Virus record (IMG/VR): IMGVR_UViG_3300045988_171858
Length of the DNA stretch: 64,000 nt
Origin: a virus
Direction: 5' to 3' (one strand)
Shown here: in pieces, positions 8,731 through 17,706 of the stretch
Layout: each line of letters starts with the position of its first letter
How positions within the stretch are numbered: the stretch's first letter is position 1
The notes under the pieces: model-generated
Databases searched by the model: none
What the model was told of the DNA's origin: nothing
What the model saw: the letters and a program-made list of their open reading frames with translations, nothing else
Made by a program: the position numbers and the translations under genes

Positions 8731-10738
8731 TGTCTAACCTTTCTATGTATTGACAGAAGACCTTGTTTATATCATCCCACATAGGATACCGCTCATCTAA
8801 GATTTTTCGTATTTGTTGTTTGATTAAAATAATACCAACAACAATAAGCGGGTGCATAATATCCGTAGTGGTAATAGCATCTCCGCTATTCAGAATCTCA
8901 AGACCGATTTCCTTTGCTCTATTTTTAAGCAAGTCGGATCTGCAGTATATAAATTCCGAAAACGAGATTGACTCTCCGCCAAATTCGCAGCCTGCATGAA
9001 TAGTGTGTTGACCCAATTTGCTTCTGAGGAAGCCCTTGCCGTATTTAATAGCTTCTTCTTTCACCTCGTCGTCCATAAACTCCATCAATTTGTGAATATA
9101 GAGCCGATTGACATCACCAGCAGTGAAAGTTAAAACATTTGGTAAGCCACATGCTATTGCTGCTTCGAATCCTTTTGGAGTTCCTCGGCCGGCATAGATA
9201 TCTTTGCCAGGGAACAGCTTCTTAAGGGCACTTATCGCATTAGAATAATGCACTTGGCTAGTGCTTGGAGAACCAACTACAAACAATTCATCTGGCTTGA
9301 TTTTATCTACATCATAGACGAGTTCTTTTGAACCATTTGATGCGAAAAATATTACATCTGAAAAGCGAATAGATTCGCCTTCGCCTACACTGAACTGTCT
9401 CTTATTGACCCGACTTAAATATCTACGGACCTTAGGGCTATCCATATTGACAATATTGCACTCTTTGCCAATGGAGGCTGCAAATCTTCTAAGCTCGTCT
9501 TCTGGTTTGTCGATAAAAAGGGTTATACCTTTGGGCATACATGATGGAGGGACGATTGTCTCGGAATCCTTTACCATAGATGTAGGCGCGAAGTTAATGC
9601 AATCTTCCTTCATAATCGACCAAATCTGACCCATGATGTAGCCTTTGAGCTCTTTCTTTTGGACATCGGGTTCTGAAGACCTCGTTGCCTTAGAGCAATA
9701 CTTGCCCATTCCTGATTTATTCCAGTAACCCCATTTAAGACCGTCAAGAGCATCAAATCCGAGTTTATCAAATATCTTATCCAGGATTGGCCTTGTTTCA
9801 GGGAACAATACGATCCCGAATACCCAAGGGTTATCCAGAAGTTCCTCTTTGGTCATCTTCTTAATCTTATCGAAGACTTTGGTCATCTTCTCTCTATGGA
9901 TTTTTAACGACAGACTTCTTAAATCGTCATCGTAGGTAATACTTTCTCGAGACAAAGACACTTTTACTTCGCCAATAGGAACATCAAGGATAATTTGACT
10001 GTTGAAATAGGTTGGTACAGTCCTCATGGAATAAGTCGGGCCGCCAACGGATATCATCAGCGCTGACCGATAGTGTCCAGGAATACTCGTAACTCTGAGC
10101 CCATCTGTCACTTCGAAAACATTAACCTTAAACTCTTTGCCATCCAGCTTTGTCAATTTCGGCAATGGCCAAAACCCAATTAGCTGGTTTTGATAGGCTT
10201 CTTCAAGCTTGACGATATCTTCTGACTTAATCGGAATACGAACAGTAGTACCGTTTGGTTCGTCCGTATCTGCATCTTTAAGCATAACCTGATAGCTTGG
10301 CATATCATTATTCTTGGAAGTCATAATGACGTTTTTCTTTCCATCTTTTACAGATGTAGAAACGAAATAGTCTGCATAAGCTAATGGGCTTTTAGAACCA
10401 ATACCAAAGCCGCCGATGTCTTCGTTGTTGTCGTCTTTGGTAGACTTGAAGAATGTAGTATAGACATTAACCATGTCTTCATAGCTCATGCCAATACCGT
10501 TGTCTTTGATTTGGATGTAGTGCTCTACTCCATCTTTATGAGCGGAGATTTCTACTGGGCCTGTATAACCGGCTCGGCGGTTTGCATCATGAGCATTTGC
10601 CACGATTTCACGAATCATAGATTCAAACGGTTTTGAATACAAATCACCAAATAAACTTCGAAATGTTTTAGCTGTTACTTCGATATTGTATTTATTCTCT
10701 GCCGTTGTTTCGGTCTTACTTGCATTTTCAATAATCAT
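8702..10738 (-). CDS. rIIA: rIIA-like GHKL (HATPase_c) ATPase
   Basis: Start moved to ATG 10738 (GGAGGA RBS). N-box REIVANAHDA, G1 box DNGIGM, G2 box GGFGIGSKS. Lies directly upstream of rIIB and overlaps it by 29 nt. Confidence 0.85.
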   Translation of the reverse strand: MIIENASKTETTAENKYNIEVTAKTFRSLFGDLYSKPFESMIREIVANAHDANRRAGYTGPVEISAHKDGVEHYIQIKDNGIGMSYEDMVNVYTTFFKSTKDDNNEDIGGFGIGSKSPLAYADYFVSTSVKDGKKNVIMTSKNNDMPSYQVMLKDADTDEPNGTTVRIPIKSEDIVKLEEAYQNQLIGFWPLPKLTKLDGKEFKVNVFEVTDGLRVTSIPGHYRSALMISVGGPTYSMRTVPTYFNSQIILDVPIGEVKVSLSRESITYDDDLRSLSLKIHREKMTKVFDKIKKMTKEELLDNPWVFGIVLFPETRPILDKIFDKLGFDALDGLKWGYWNKSGMGKYCSKATRSSEPDVQKKELKGYIMGQIWSIMKEDCINFAPTSMVKDSETIVPPSCMPKGITLFIDKPEDELRRFAASIGKECNIVNMDSPKVRRYLSRVNKRQFSVGEGESIRFSDVIFFASNGSKELVYDVDKIKPDELFVVGSPSTSQVHYSNAISALKKLFPGKDIYAGRGTPKGFEAAIACGLPNVLTFTAGDVNRLYIHKLMEFMDDEVKEEAIKYGKGFLRSKLGQHTIHAGCEFGGESISFSEFIYCRSDLLKNRAKEIGLEILNSGDAITTTDIMHPLIVVGIILIKQQIRKILDERYPMWDDINKVFCQYIERLDNELQRNGQP

Positions 10739-10818
10739 TGTTTTCCTCCAGTTTGAAAATAAATACAAAATCAAATAAGTAGAGGCGGCAAGGATTACTC
10801 CCGCCGCCATATTACCAC

Positions 10819-11460
10819 TTACAGGAAGTCGATATCGACATCCTTAGCCTCTACGGCATTGTTTTCGTTATCAGCTTCAGTTTCTTCAATGCTTAATTGG
10901 CCAATACACTGATTATATACGTCAAATGCAGGCTTAATCATTCGGCCCACAAATGTCTTTTCTACAATCAGGTTGAACCATTTAGCAATTTCAGGGTCTT
11001 TCAAATCAATAGGCTTGCCATCATTATCAACGGTCTGACCTTTATTGTGCATACGTAGGAAATCACCGGTAAGCTTAATCAGATTATGTTGGTCAGCCCA
11101 AATAGCAATATTGATAATGGTCATAGCTGTTTCACGGCTATATCCCATTTCATTCACAATCGCTTCTACTACTTCTTTATGGACTGTCTGGTCAGAACCT
11201 AATGTCCCTAACATGAACTTTTGATGTTGAGTCGCGCCGCCCTTGATATGCTTGATCGCATTGATTACATACCGTTCATTAGTTTCGGTATATACATGGT
11301 CACATTCTTGGGCAATATTTTCATTGAGCGGGATTTTAACAAACTCTTTACCGGTTTTACCAGAAATGGCGCGATAAGCCAAATCTGAGCCTTCATTCAG
11401 CAATGCCAAATAAAGCTCAATAAGCATACCGAACTGCCACGCGTTATTAGTGCCGGGCAT
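10819..11460 (-). CDS. hypothetical protein (213 aa)
   Basis: ORF track. Clean coding frame. Confidence 0.7.
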   Translation of the reverse strand: MPGTNNAWQFGMLIELYLALLNEGSDLAYRAISGKTGKEFVKIPLNENIAQECDHVYTETNERYVINAIKHIKGGATQHQKFMLGTLGSDQTVHKEVVEAIVNEMGYSRETAMTIINIAIWADQHNLIKLTGDFLRMHNKGQTVDNDGKPIDLKDPEIAKWFNLIVEKTFVGRMIKPAFDVYNQCIGQLSIEETEADNENNAVEAKDVDIDFL

Positions 11461-11732
11461 ATGTTATCTTAAGGGTTTTTTATCCCTTAATTCTAGGACT
11501 TTCGTCGCATTACGGAATGTCAATTCATTCCTAGTTCAGCATATATTTTCATTCCAGAGGAATGTCGGGAACTCGTGGAGAAATTATATTCTACAAAAGT
11601 AGGTTCATTCTCTATGCGTTACGGAATTAATGGCCTTAGCCAATATATACATCTTTTAAAACGTATACTTCCTCGGTATTCCCATATCCAAAGACTTAGG
11701 GTTCACCGATATTTCCCGATGCACCTATAAGC

Positions 11733-14558
11733 TTACACCCATAGGGGGCCCAATTGACCAACGGCTTTCTTCGCGTTAGCAGAGTTTGTAATCAAGTCAA
11801 TGTAGCTTTCATCACCAGGACGCTTACAATAGGTAGGAGTATAGTGCAACTTATACTTCTTGGTCCAATCCAATTTCTTAATGCTGTCGTATTCTGACTG
11901 CAGGAAATCTTCATCCCATTGATACATCTTTTCTGTGATGTTGCTAAGCTTGAACTCCTTCATCATTTGCTGAGCTTCTTCTGGCAATACAGTAATCTGT
12001 AACAGGTCGCCGTCAATATCTGAGTGGCTACCTTTGATTACGTCTTTACCAATCAATGCGCAGTGCAAATTGGATTTAATATCCAGATAATCTTCCAGTG
12101 CAAAACCATATTCTTGCTTGAGGTAAGTGTCGAATTTGTTTGCGTCCCACAATTCTTTAATCAGCACCTGCGTTTTCCACAAGAACGGTGAACGTAATGT
12201 GAATGCATAGAGCTTCTTAAAGGCCTGAATAATGCCTTGTTCAACCGGCAGGTTTTTGGTTGGATAGACATATTCATGCAAATCGGTATAAATACGGTTA
12301 TTCAATACAACGACGACGCCGTCTGGGACGTATACATCGTGCATCTGTTTCATATTCACGCCGCGCAATCGTGGGGTAATCATAGTCTGAATCAGCGTCT
12401 GTCCTGAAATCTCCGAAGAGTACAACATAGACTTCAAGGATGCCATATAATTGCCATAAGCACTTACACGGTTTTGGTTAGCCTCATTGCGGCTCGGAAT
12501 AATCCGATAGTAATAAGGTTTACCAAGCAAAGCATTCTGAATCATCTTGCAGACTTCAATCAGGATGCCGGGATAGACATATTCACCATTGGTTTGCTTA
12601 CTGCAAAACATACCCAAAGTTTTAGCATCTGGAATACAGACTAACGTATTTTGACGCTGTTCGCTCAAATTGATATAGAATCCTTTGTTAAAGTCTTCAT
12701 CAAGAAGCTTAGAATACAATGGAAAGATAGAGCTATGTTCCAGAATCAAATCTTTTTCGGAGAAGTGATTCTTTAAACTACTTAATGTATAAACAGGTTT
12801 ATGCTCGGCAGACACAAAGCGGCGCGTCTTATCATTCAGACATTTCATCAACTCAATTACTGCTGACTTTTCATCTGGGTCAATACAATGGTCCAATACA
12901 TATTGCGCCAATCCAGAATCTTTAGTCTGAGAAATATAGCGCAAAGCATTGAAACTCATCTTTTGGTTACGAACCACTGTAAAATGGCTACCAATTTCGG
13001 TATAGTTGATTTGAACAACACCGTATAATCGGGTTTTGAATTCGACTTCCTCCCCTTCACGAATCATCTTGAAGGTTACTTCCGGAATGGACTTAGCAGC
13101 GGCATTGATTTCCTCTTCATCCATAGACGAGAGAAGCTTATCGCCGGAGGTAGGCTTGTAGTAACCATACTTCAATGCAAATGCAGCCTGCATTAAACGT
13201 ACGGTATTTTCCTTAGCTTTGATGCTATTGACACCTGTTAAGATATCAACTTCCATTTCGAAATCATCGGAGTAGATATTACCACAAGTCATCATGGTTT
13301 TGGTTACGCCTTTCAGACCTGTATGAGAAGTGATTCGTGAATTGCCTACTTTATAGTATGCTACGAAATCAATACGGGCTGAATTGTTATAACCGTTTTG
13401 AGATACTTTGGTTACTTCAATTTTAACGACGTTATCTACTGAGATTGGACGGCGGTCGAATGTGCCTAATGTTACAGACCCATTTTTTGCTGTATACACT
13501 TCGCCTTCTTTCACGAGAATCTCATCGAATTCCGTTTCTTTATGACGATTCATGAATACGATTTGATTACCAATACGACGGTTTACTTCTAAGTCGCCGC
13601 CGACTTGGTGATAGCTTTCAAAATCAATATCTTGATATACAACAATAGCATCCAACCCTCCATTATCCAAAGGAACATGGTCGCCTTTATCATCAAAGAC
13701 AAACGAACCATCAGGATTCACTGCAGCATCTTCAATGAACAAAGGCTTAGCGGGTTGCAATACGCCAAAGTGGTTGCCGTTTACATGAGTCTTCAAACGA
13801 GCAGGCAACGCAGAGGCTCGAGGGAAGATAGAAGAGAAACCTACAATACGACCATCATCATCGTATTCAAATCCAAAGCCTGAGCACGAAATATCAGCAT
13901 TGCCATCAGAAACAACAATCTTATTGCTTTCAGAAAGCATAGTTTCAGAACCGGGCATCAGATTGAAGCAATTAGCCATAGCTGTAATAGCTTCTTTATC
14001 TGGACTTGTAATTACACGCTGATGGACCAAATCACCAATAGGAAGATTCTGGTTCTTATAAACCAAAGAGGTGCCGGTATTGGTGCTGTAAGGAGCCCAT
14101 AAGACCAGAAGATTTGAAGACTTCAGGTTCGCATTAAATGCATTAGGACTTACATATTCAACGAAATTGGTAATCAACTTGATATCACGGCGAATGTAGG
14201 TCGTAAAAATCTCGTTGTTCTTCAGAGCGTCTTCAAATCGTTCAGCCAAGAAGAAGAACAGCATTTCAAAATGGTTAATCATTTCAATCGGCGCCCGTTT
14301 ATTGATATGGCGCGAACAGAAAGCGAAATGAGGCCAATGGTTCTTCGGATTAAAGAACGATTCAGGAATAATAAATTCGGTCTCAACAGTCTTTTCGTTG
14401 ATAGTATTAATCACCTTGAATCCGAACGTATTAGGCTTCAACTCAAACTCAATGCGCCCTTCAGTAGTCAAATGCTCACGAAAGATTGCATAGACTTCTG
14501 CTGGTGTAGAGTTTTTGCTGATTACTGGAATATGCCCTTGGGAAATTCTTAAGTGCAT
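11733..14558 (-). CDS. single-subunit two-barrel (double-psi beta-barrel) RNA polymerase-like protein, YonO/crAss type, copy 1 (941 aa)
   Basis: Start moved to ATG 14558; the track start lies inside the upstream terminator element. Beta-type DPBB motif GNSRITSHTGLKGVTK (nt 13305-13325) resembles GDKMAGRHGNKGVISK. Beta-prime-type LRSPFLWKTQVL resembles RAPTLHRLGIQA. Metal motif HSDIDGDLL (DIDGD at nt 12006-12020) resembles NADFDGDQM. Confidence 0.8.
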   Translation of the reverse strand: MHLRISQGHIPVISKNSTPAEVYAIFREHLTTEGRIEFELKPNTFGFKVINTINEKTVETEFIIPESFFNPKNHWPHFAFCSRHINKRAPIEMINHFEMLFFFLAERFEDALKNNEIFTTYIRRDIKLITNFVEYVSPNAFNANLKSSNLLVLWAPYSTNTGTSLVYKNQNLPIGDLVHQRVITSPDKEAITAMANCFNLMPGSETMLSESNKIVVSDGNADISCSGFGFEYDDDGRIVGFSSIFPRASALPARLKTHVNGNHFGVLQPAKPLFIEDAAVNPDGSFVFDDKGDHVPLDNGGLDAIVVYQDIDFESYHQVGGDLEVNRRIGNQIVFMNRHKETEFDEILVKEGEVYTAKNGSVTLGTFDRRPISVDNVVKIEVTKVSQNGYNNSARIDFVAYYKVGNSRITSHTGLKGVTKTMMTCGNIYSDDFEMEVDILTGVNSIKAKENTVRLMQAAFALKYGYYKPTSGDKLLSSMDEEEINAAAKSIPEVTFKMIREGEEVEFKTRLYGVVQINYTEIGSHFTVVRNQKMSFNALRYISQTKDSGLAQYVLDHCIDPDEKSAVIELMKCLNDKTRRFVSAEHKPVYTLSSLKNHFSEKDLILEHSSIFPLYSKLLDEDFNKGFYINLSEQRQNTLVCIPDAKTLGMFCSKQTNGEYVYPGILIEVCKMIQNALLGKPYYYRIIPSRNEANQNRVSAYGNYMASLKSMLYSSEISGQTLIQTMITPRLRGVNMKQMHDVYVPDGVVVVLNNRIYTDLHEYVYPTKNLPVEQGIIQAFKKLYAFTLRSPFLWKTQVLIKELWDANKFDTYLKQEYGFALEDYLDIKSNLHCALIGKDVIKGSHSDIDGDLLQITVLPEEAQQMMKEFKLSNITEKMYQWDEDFLQSEYDSIKKLDWTKKYKLHYTPTYCKRPGDESYIDLITNSANAKKAVGQLGPLWV

Positions 14559-14590
14559 TTTATATACCTTTCTAGGGTTAAATGTTACTT

Positions 14591-14625
14591 CCGTAAAAAG
14601 ACCGACACTCAATCGAGTGCCGGTC
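14591..14625 (-). terminator. conserved stem-loop element (CSE) copy
   Basis: Minus strand reads GACCGGCAC-TCGATTGA-GTGTCGGTC-TTTTTACGG. 9-bp stem with one G.U pair, followed by a T-tract. Confidence 0.8.
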
Positions 14626-14628
14626 AAC

Positions 14629-14748
14629 TTATTCTTCCTTCTTTTTGTCAGCCCGTTTTTGAATGGCCTTCATAACCCACTTCAAACGTTCTGTAAGAAA
14701 TTTTATTCTTGCATAACTGTAGTTTCTTCTTCCTCTATTTGAGCGCAT
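14629..14748 (-). CDS. possible small basic protein (39 aa)
   Basis: My own translation gives MRSNRGRRNYSYARIKFLTERLKWVMKAIQKRADKKKEE. The ATG overlaps the stop of the upstream ORF (TAAAATG). Below the ORF-track size cut-off. Confidence 0.35.
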   Translation of the reverse strand: MRSNRGRRNYSYARIKFLTERLKWVMKAIQKRADKKKEE

Positions 14749-14749
14749 T

Positions 14750-14929
14750 TTACTTTCCCTCGGTTGTTACCTCTTTATGCTTTGAGATCAATGAGCAGAC
14801 CATTTCATGGCAACAGCCACAGCAAGTAGTCGCGCCGGTCTCTTTTTGTATTGTTTCCAATTCTGCACCATTAACAGCCATAGCAGCAATAGTTTTATCA
14901 TTAATGTTATTACAAATACAAACAACCAT
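14750..14929 (-). CDS. BFD-like [2Fe-2S]-binding domain mini-protein (59 aa)
   Basis: My own translation gives MVVCICNNINDKTIAAMAVNGAELETIQKETGATTCCGCCHEMV... This shows the CxC...CxxC spacing typical of bacterioferritin-associated ferredoxin domains. AAGAAAGG RBS. One residue below the track cut-off. Confidence 0.6.
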   Translation of the reverse strand: MVVCICNNINDKTIAAMAVNGAELETIQKETGATTCCGCCHEMVCSLISKHKEVTTEGK

Positions 14930-14956
14930 CAGTCAAACCTTTCTTAAAAATAGTTT

Positions 14957-14997
14957 CAAATAAAAGAATCAGCCCAACACCTTTCGATGCTGGGGCT
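14957..14997 (-). terminator. intrinsic terminator-like hairpin
   Basis: Minus strand reads AGCCCCAGCA-TCGAAAGG-TGTTGGGCT followed by GATTCTTTTATTT. Confidence 0.55.
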
Positions 14998-15410
14998 TCT
15001 TCCTTTTCCATTAACCATCAGGGGAGATAATAGGGTGCCGTCTTTCCGTCGTCCCTGCGAATGCAAACCGTCGCCTACATGCTGTCAAGAAAGGTATCAT
15101 GTCAGGATTTTTCGGAGTCATGGATAATCCTGGAACCACGTGCATTATCGTTTGTGATTGTGCGTAAGAATGGGGCCGAGTGAGCATCAAGTCAACTGCG
15201 ATAAGATAAGCTGTGAGACATTTGTGCCCTCGGCGAGTTTGGTTGTTGGCTGGCACCTTGATATATCCGAACTTGTATACAAGGAAAGTCTGAATGGTGC
15301 ACTATGCGGTTTATCGTGTAGTCAATACGAGCAGAACCACTGTTATTTAAAGACTATCATGGGGTAAGCGCCGCCCATATAGAACACGCCTACCACATTA
15401 ACTTGTTTTA

Positions 15411-15797
15411 TTATTCGAAGGCATTTTCGCCATTCAAGAATACGCCGGTGATTTTGAATTCACGTTTACCAAATTCTTCATTGTCAAGCTCAATTGTGCC
15501 AACGTCGTAAATCGTATCGGATTCGGCGAGACGGCGGATATGTGACGGCAATTCAGCAATACGCTTACCCTCTTTGGTCAAGAGGATATTGCAACCCAAG
15601 TCTTTCAGGTCTTCGTCATTCATATCGGCAATCGATTTGATATCTTCACTTGTCAGAACCATACGGTCGACTTCGGCCCATTGAGATTCAGCGAATTCAC
15701 GGAATTCTTTATCAGTAGGAGCGGAGAATGCCAGTTCTTGGGCAATAGCTAAACCCAATTTTGCATAAGCTTTGTAGAGTTTGTTAGGAGATTTCAT
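15411..15797 (-). CDS. hypothetical acidic protein (128 aa)
   Basis: ORF track. AAGGAA RBS. Confidence 0.7.
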   Translation of the reverse strand: MKSPNKLYKAYAKLGLAIAQELAFSAPTDKEFREFAESQWAEVDRMVLTSEDIKSIADMNDEDLKDLGCNILLTKEGKRIAELPSHIRRLAESDTIYDVGTIELDNEEFGKREFKITGVFLNGENAFE

Positions 15798-15811
15798 GAT
15801 TTAATTCCTTT

Positions 15812-16159
15812 TTATAAAATGTCGTATTTGATTTTGTATGTGTATTTGATTCCATCCAGTTGAAATTCGTACTGGATAGCCGGAAATTTGTAGTATGTTT
15901 GTCGGATTTCGGAATAGATGAAGTCCTTATCATATTTTTTCAATGCGGCGCGATGTTTAGCCAACCTGTTAAATAAGCTGTCCGATTCGGCATGAAAAGG
16001 GTCACGAGTTACAGACAGCGTCTTTTCAATTGACTCATCTTTTACCACTTCAATGTTTACGGAGCAAGAATACAGAGTCATTGCTCTTTCAAAGAAATCG
16101 TTTAAGGTTCGTATCATGTCCTTTTTGATTAGGACTAACTGGCTTTCAATTGACCGCAT
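15812..16159 (-). CDS. hypothetical protein (115 aa)
   Basis: ORF track. I prefer ATG 16159 over the TTG at 16174. The start remains uncertain. Confidence 0.55.
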   Translation of the reverse strand: MRSIESQLVLIKKDMIRTLNDFFERAMTLYSCSVNIEVVKDESIEKTLSVTRDPFHAESDSLFNRLAKHRAALKKYDKDFIYSEIRQTYYKFPAIQYEFQLDGIKYTYKIKYDIL

Positions 16160-16467
16160 GATGTATCGATCCAATTCTGTTTATATGCTTGCCAATTGAA
16201 ATGCACCTCAAGACCTTTATTGTGCACAATCCCCATGCCTTCTAAAAGCTCTTTGGGGTTAAACAGACCATTATTAAGGTCTTCTTTATATTGTGCAACA
16301 TCAATGTCTCTTAGCCATTTGCCAAAAGCAAATCCATTTCTTTGACGCATAGTTTCAAAAGCAGACTTACCGCCCGCGCCGGTGCTTTCATAGCGATACA
16401 GCTCTAAAAGGTCTTCATGTGAGAATTCAAAGTTTCCTCCCATGCCTCTTGCCAGTCGCCGATACAT
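16135..16467 (-). CDS. hypothetical protein (110 aa)
   Basis: ORF track. No strong RBS seen. Confidence 0.55.
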   Translation of the reverse strand: MYRRLARGMGGNFEFSHEDLLELYRYESTGAGGKSAFETMRQRNGFAFGKWLRDIDVAQYKEDLNNGLFNPKELLEGMGIVHNKGLEVHFNWQAYKQNWIDTSCGQLKAS

Positions 16468-16522
16468 AGCTGCTTTGGCTGCAAACTTCTTAGAGCAGCC
16501 GACTTTTCGTTTGTTAAAACTT

Positions 16523-16984
16523 TCATCGTTTAGACCTCAATTTATAGAAGACATGTTTACCGATACGCTTTGGCTTTACTGCACGAGGCGCCGGACGTTT
16601 ACCATTGGAGGAAAAGAAAATAGCTCCCCCGGTATTATCAGCATGCTTTTTCGCCTTATGGGCTGAATATATAGACCGGGCAATTTTCTCTGTTTCTTTG
16701 TCGTAACCAGTTTTAGCTCGTAACTTTTTATTACGATACCATTGGAACTGTCCACGCTGCGCAATAACATCATTTACCGTGTTCGGAAACTCTTTGTGCT
16801 TTACACGGTTCATGATTACATTGGCAACAGCTTTCTTGCCGGCTAACGACTCACCGCGAGCTTCATGATGAATAGCAGTTGCCAATGCTTTTACTTCAGA
16901 CGATGAAGAGCTTTGTTTCTTAGCAGCTTCAACGTTAAAACTTGCGGCCAATAAGAGGACCGCAATGAAGGTTTGCTTATTCAT
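16523..16984 (-). CDS. secreted SleB-family (Hydrolase_2) cell-wall hydrolase
   Basis: Start at MNKQTFIAVLLLAASFNVEA (signal peptide, GGAGAG RBS). Contains AIHHEARGES..GKKAVANVIMNRV...FPNTVNDVIAQRGQF, typical of SleB/CwlJ-type hydrolases. Confidence 0.75.
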   Translation of the reverse strand: MNKQTFIAVLLLAASFNVEAAKKQSSSSSEVKALATAIHHEARGESLAGKKAVANVIMNRVKHKEFPNTVNDVIAQRGQFQWYRNKKLRAKTGYDKETEKIARSIYSAHKAKKHADNTGGAIFFSSNGKRPAPRAVKPKRIGKHVFYKLRSKR

Positions 16985-17165
16985 CTTTCGGCTCTCCATA
17001 GACTACGATGTATTCTCCGCAAGAATGCGGCTCAAGAGTTATAGTCACATTCTCAAACTCTTTCTTAAGACCTTGCAGAACTGCAATAACTTCATCGACG
17101 CTATAATAGACACCTTCAGAAAGAAACTGTTCAAATAATCCAAGTTCTTTTAATTTTTTAGGCAT
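16977..17165 (-). CDS. hypothetical protein (62 aa)
   Basis: ORF track. Confidence 0.55.
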   Translation of the reverse strand: MPKKLKELGLFEQFLSEGVYYSVDEVIAVLQGLKKEFENVTITLEPHSCGEYIVVYGEPKDE

Positions 17166-17287
17166 AACAAGCCCGCCTTTCCCTGCAGCTGGCTTTGAAT
17201 CTCTGCCAACTTGTTTTTACTTTTCTGTTTAACGGAAGACAAAAATGCCAATAATTTCCGTACTGATAATGCAAATAATACTAGCAT
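17150..17287 (-). CDS. possible small hydrophobic protein (45 aa)
   Basis: My own translation gives MLVLFALSVRKLLAFLSSVKQKSKNKLAEIQSQLQGKAGLLCLKN. Strong GGAGG RBS 5 nt upstream of ATG 17287. Confidence 0.4.
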   Translation of the reverse strand: MLVLFALSVRKLLAFLSSVKQKSKNKLAEIQSQLQGKAGLLCLKN

Positions 17288-17307
17288 GATTGCCTCCGTT
17301 ATTTTAG

Positions 17308-17706
17308 CTACGAGCCTTCTGCAATATCAATAATAGCAGAAATTTCCTTCAGGATACGGACATAGTATTTAAGCCGCCCGAGAAATCGTTTCGTAGCCTC
17401 ACAATCAGGATAAATATTAGTGATAATGTCGCTAACACTGTATAAACGAATACGATGCTCATAAGCCTGATAGTAATAGTCAAGCAAAATCTTTTCGTTG
17501 ATTCTTGTGTTTTCTTCAATATCACGATTATGGCCGCAAACAACACTAGGACGAATCAAGTCTGTAACTTTGATATCTTCCTCAACGCCGGATGCACGCC
17601 TATTTAACATCCTGATTTTATTGAATTTCATATCCCTGAGAAGCTCTTCAAACGAATGAATATGCTTGAGGAACTTCTCATTGAATTTACGGTTTGTGGA
17701 TTTCAT
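17308..17706 (-). CDS. hypothetical protein (132 aa)
   Basis: ORF track. ATG 17706 overlaps the upstream stop (TGATG). Confidence 0.65.
   Translation of the reverse strand: MKSTNRKFNEKFLKHIHSFEELLRDMKFNKIRMLNRRASGVEEDIKVTDLIRPSVVCGHNRDIEENTRINEKILLDYYYQAYEHRIRLYSVSDIITNIYPDCEATKRFLGRLKYYVRILKEISAIIDIAEGS

Noticed and set aside
11461-11732. Possible tRNA or sRNA in the 270-nt gap after RNAP copy 1. It contains hairpins GGAATG-TCAATT-CATTCC and CATTCC-AGA-GGAATG, and GC(A/G)TTACGGAAT x2.
   Set aside because: I could not fold a cloverleaf or find a T-loop (GTTCRANYC). It is kept in mind only as a regulatory or terminator region. I found no tRNA anywhere in the window by eye.
15011-15256. 81-aa minus-strand ORF in the GC-rich island.
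   Set aside because: It has no RBS and an Arg/Pro/Thr/His-rich composition unlike neighbouring proteins. The region is more likely non-coding RNA or regulatory DNA.
15275-15300. GGAAAGTC string reminiscent of the RNase P RNA CR-I motif. I also tested tmRNA-like GGGGCCGA (15171), TPP and cobalamin riboswitch fragments.
   Set aside because: Flanking consensus positions do not match: there is no GAGGAAAGUCCGGGC, no T-arm/ACCA end, and the CUGAGA/ACCUGAUCUGGAUAAUGCCAGC order is wrong.
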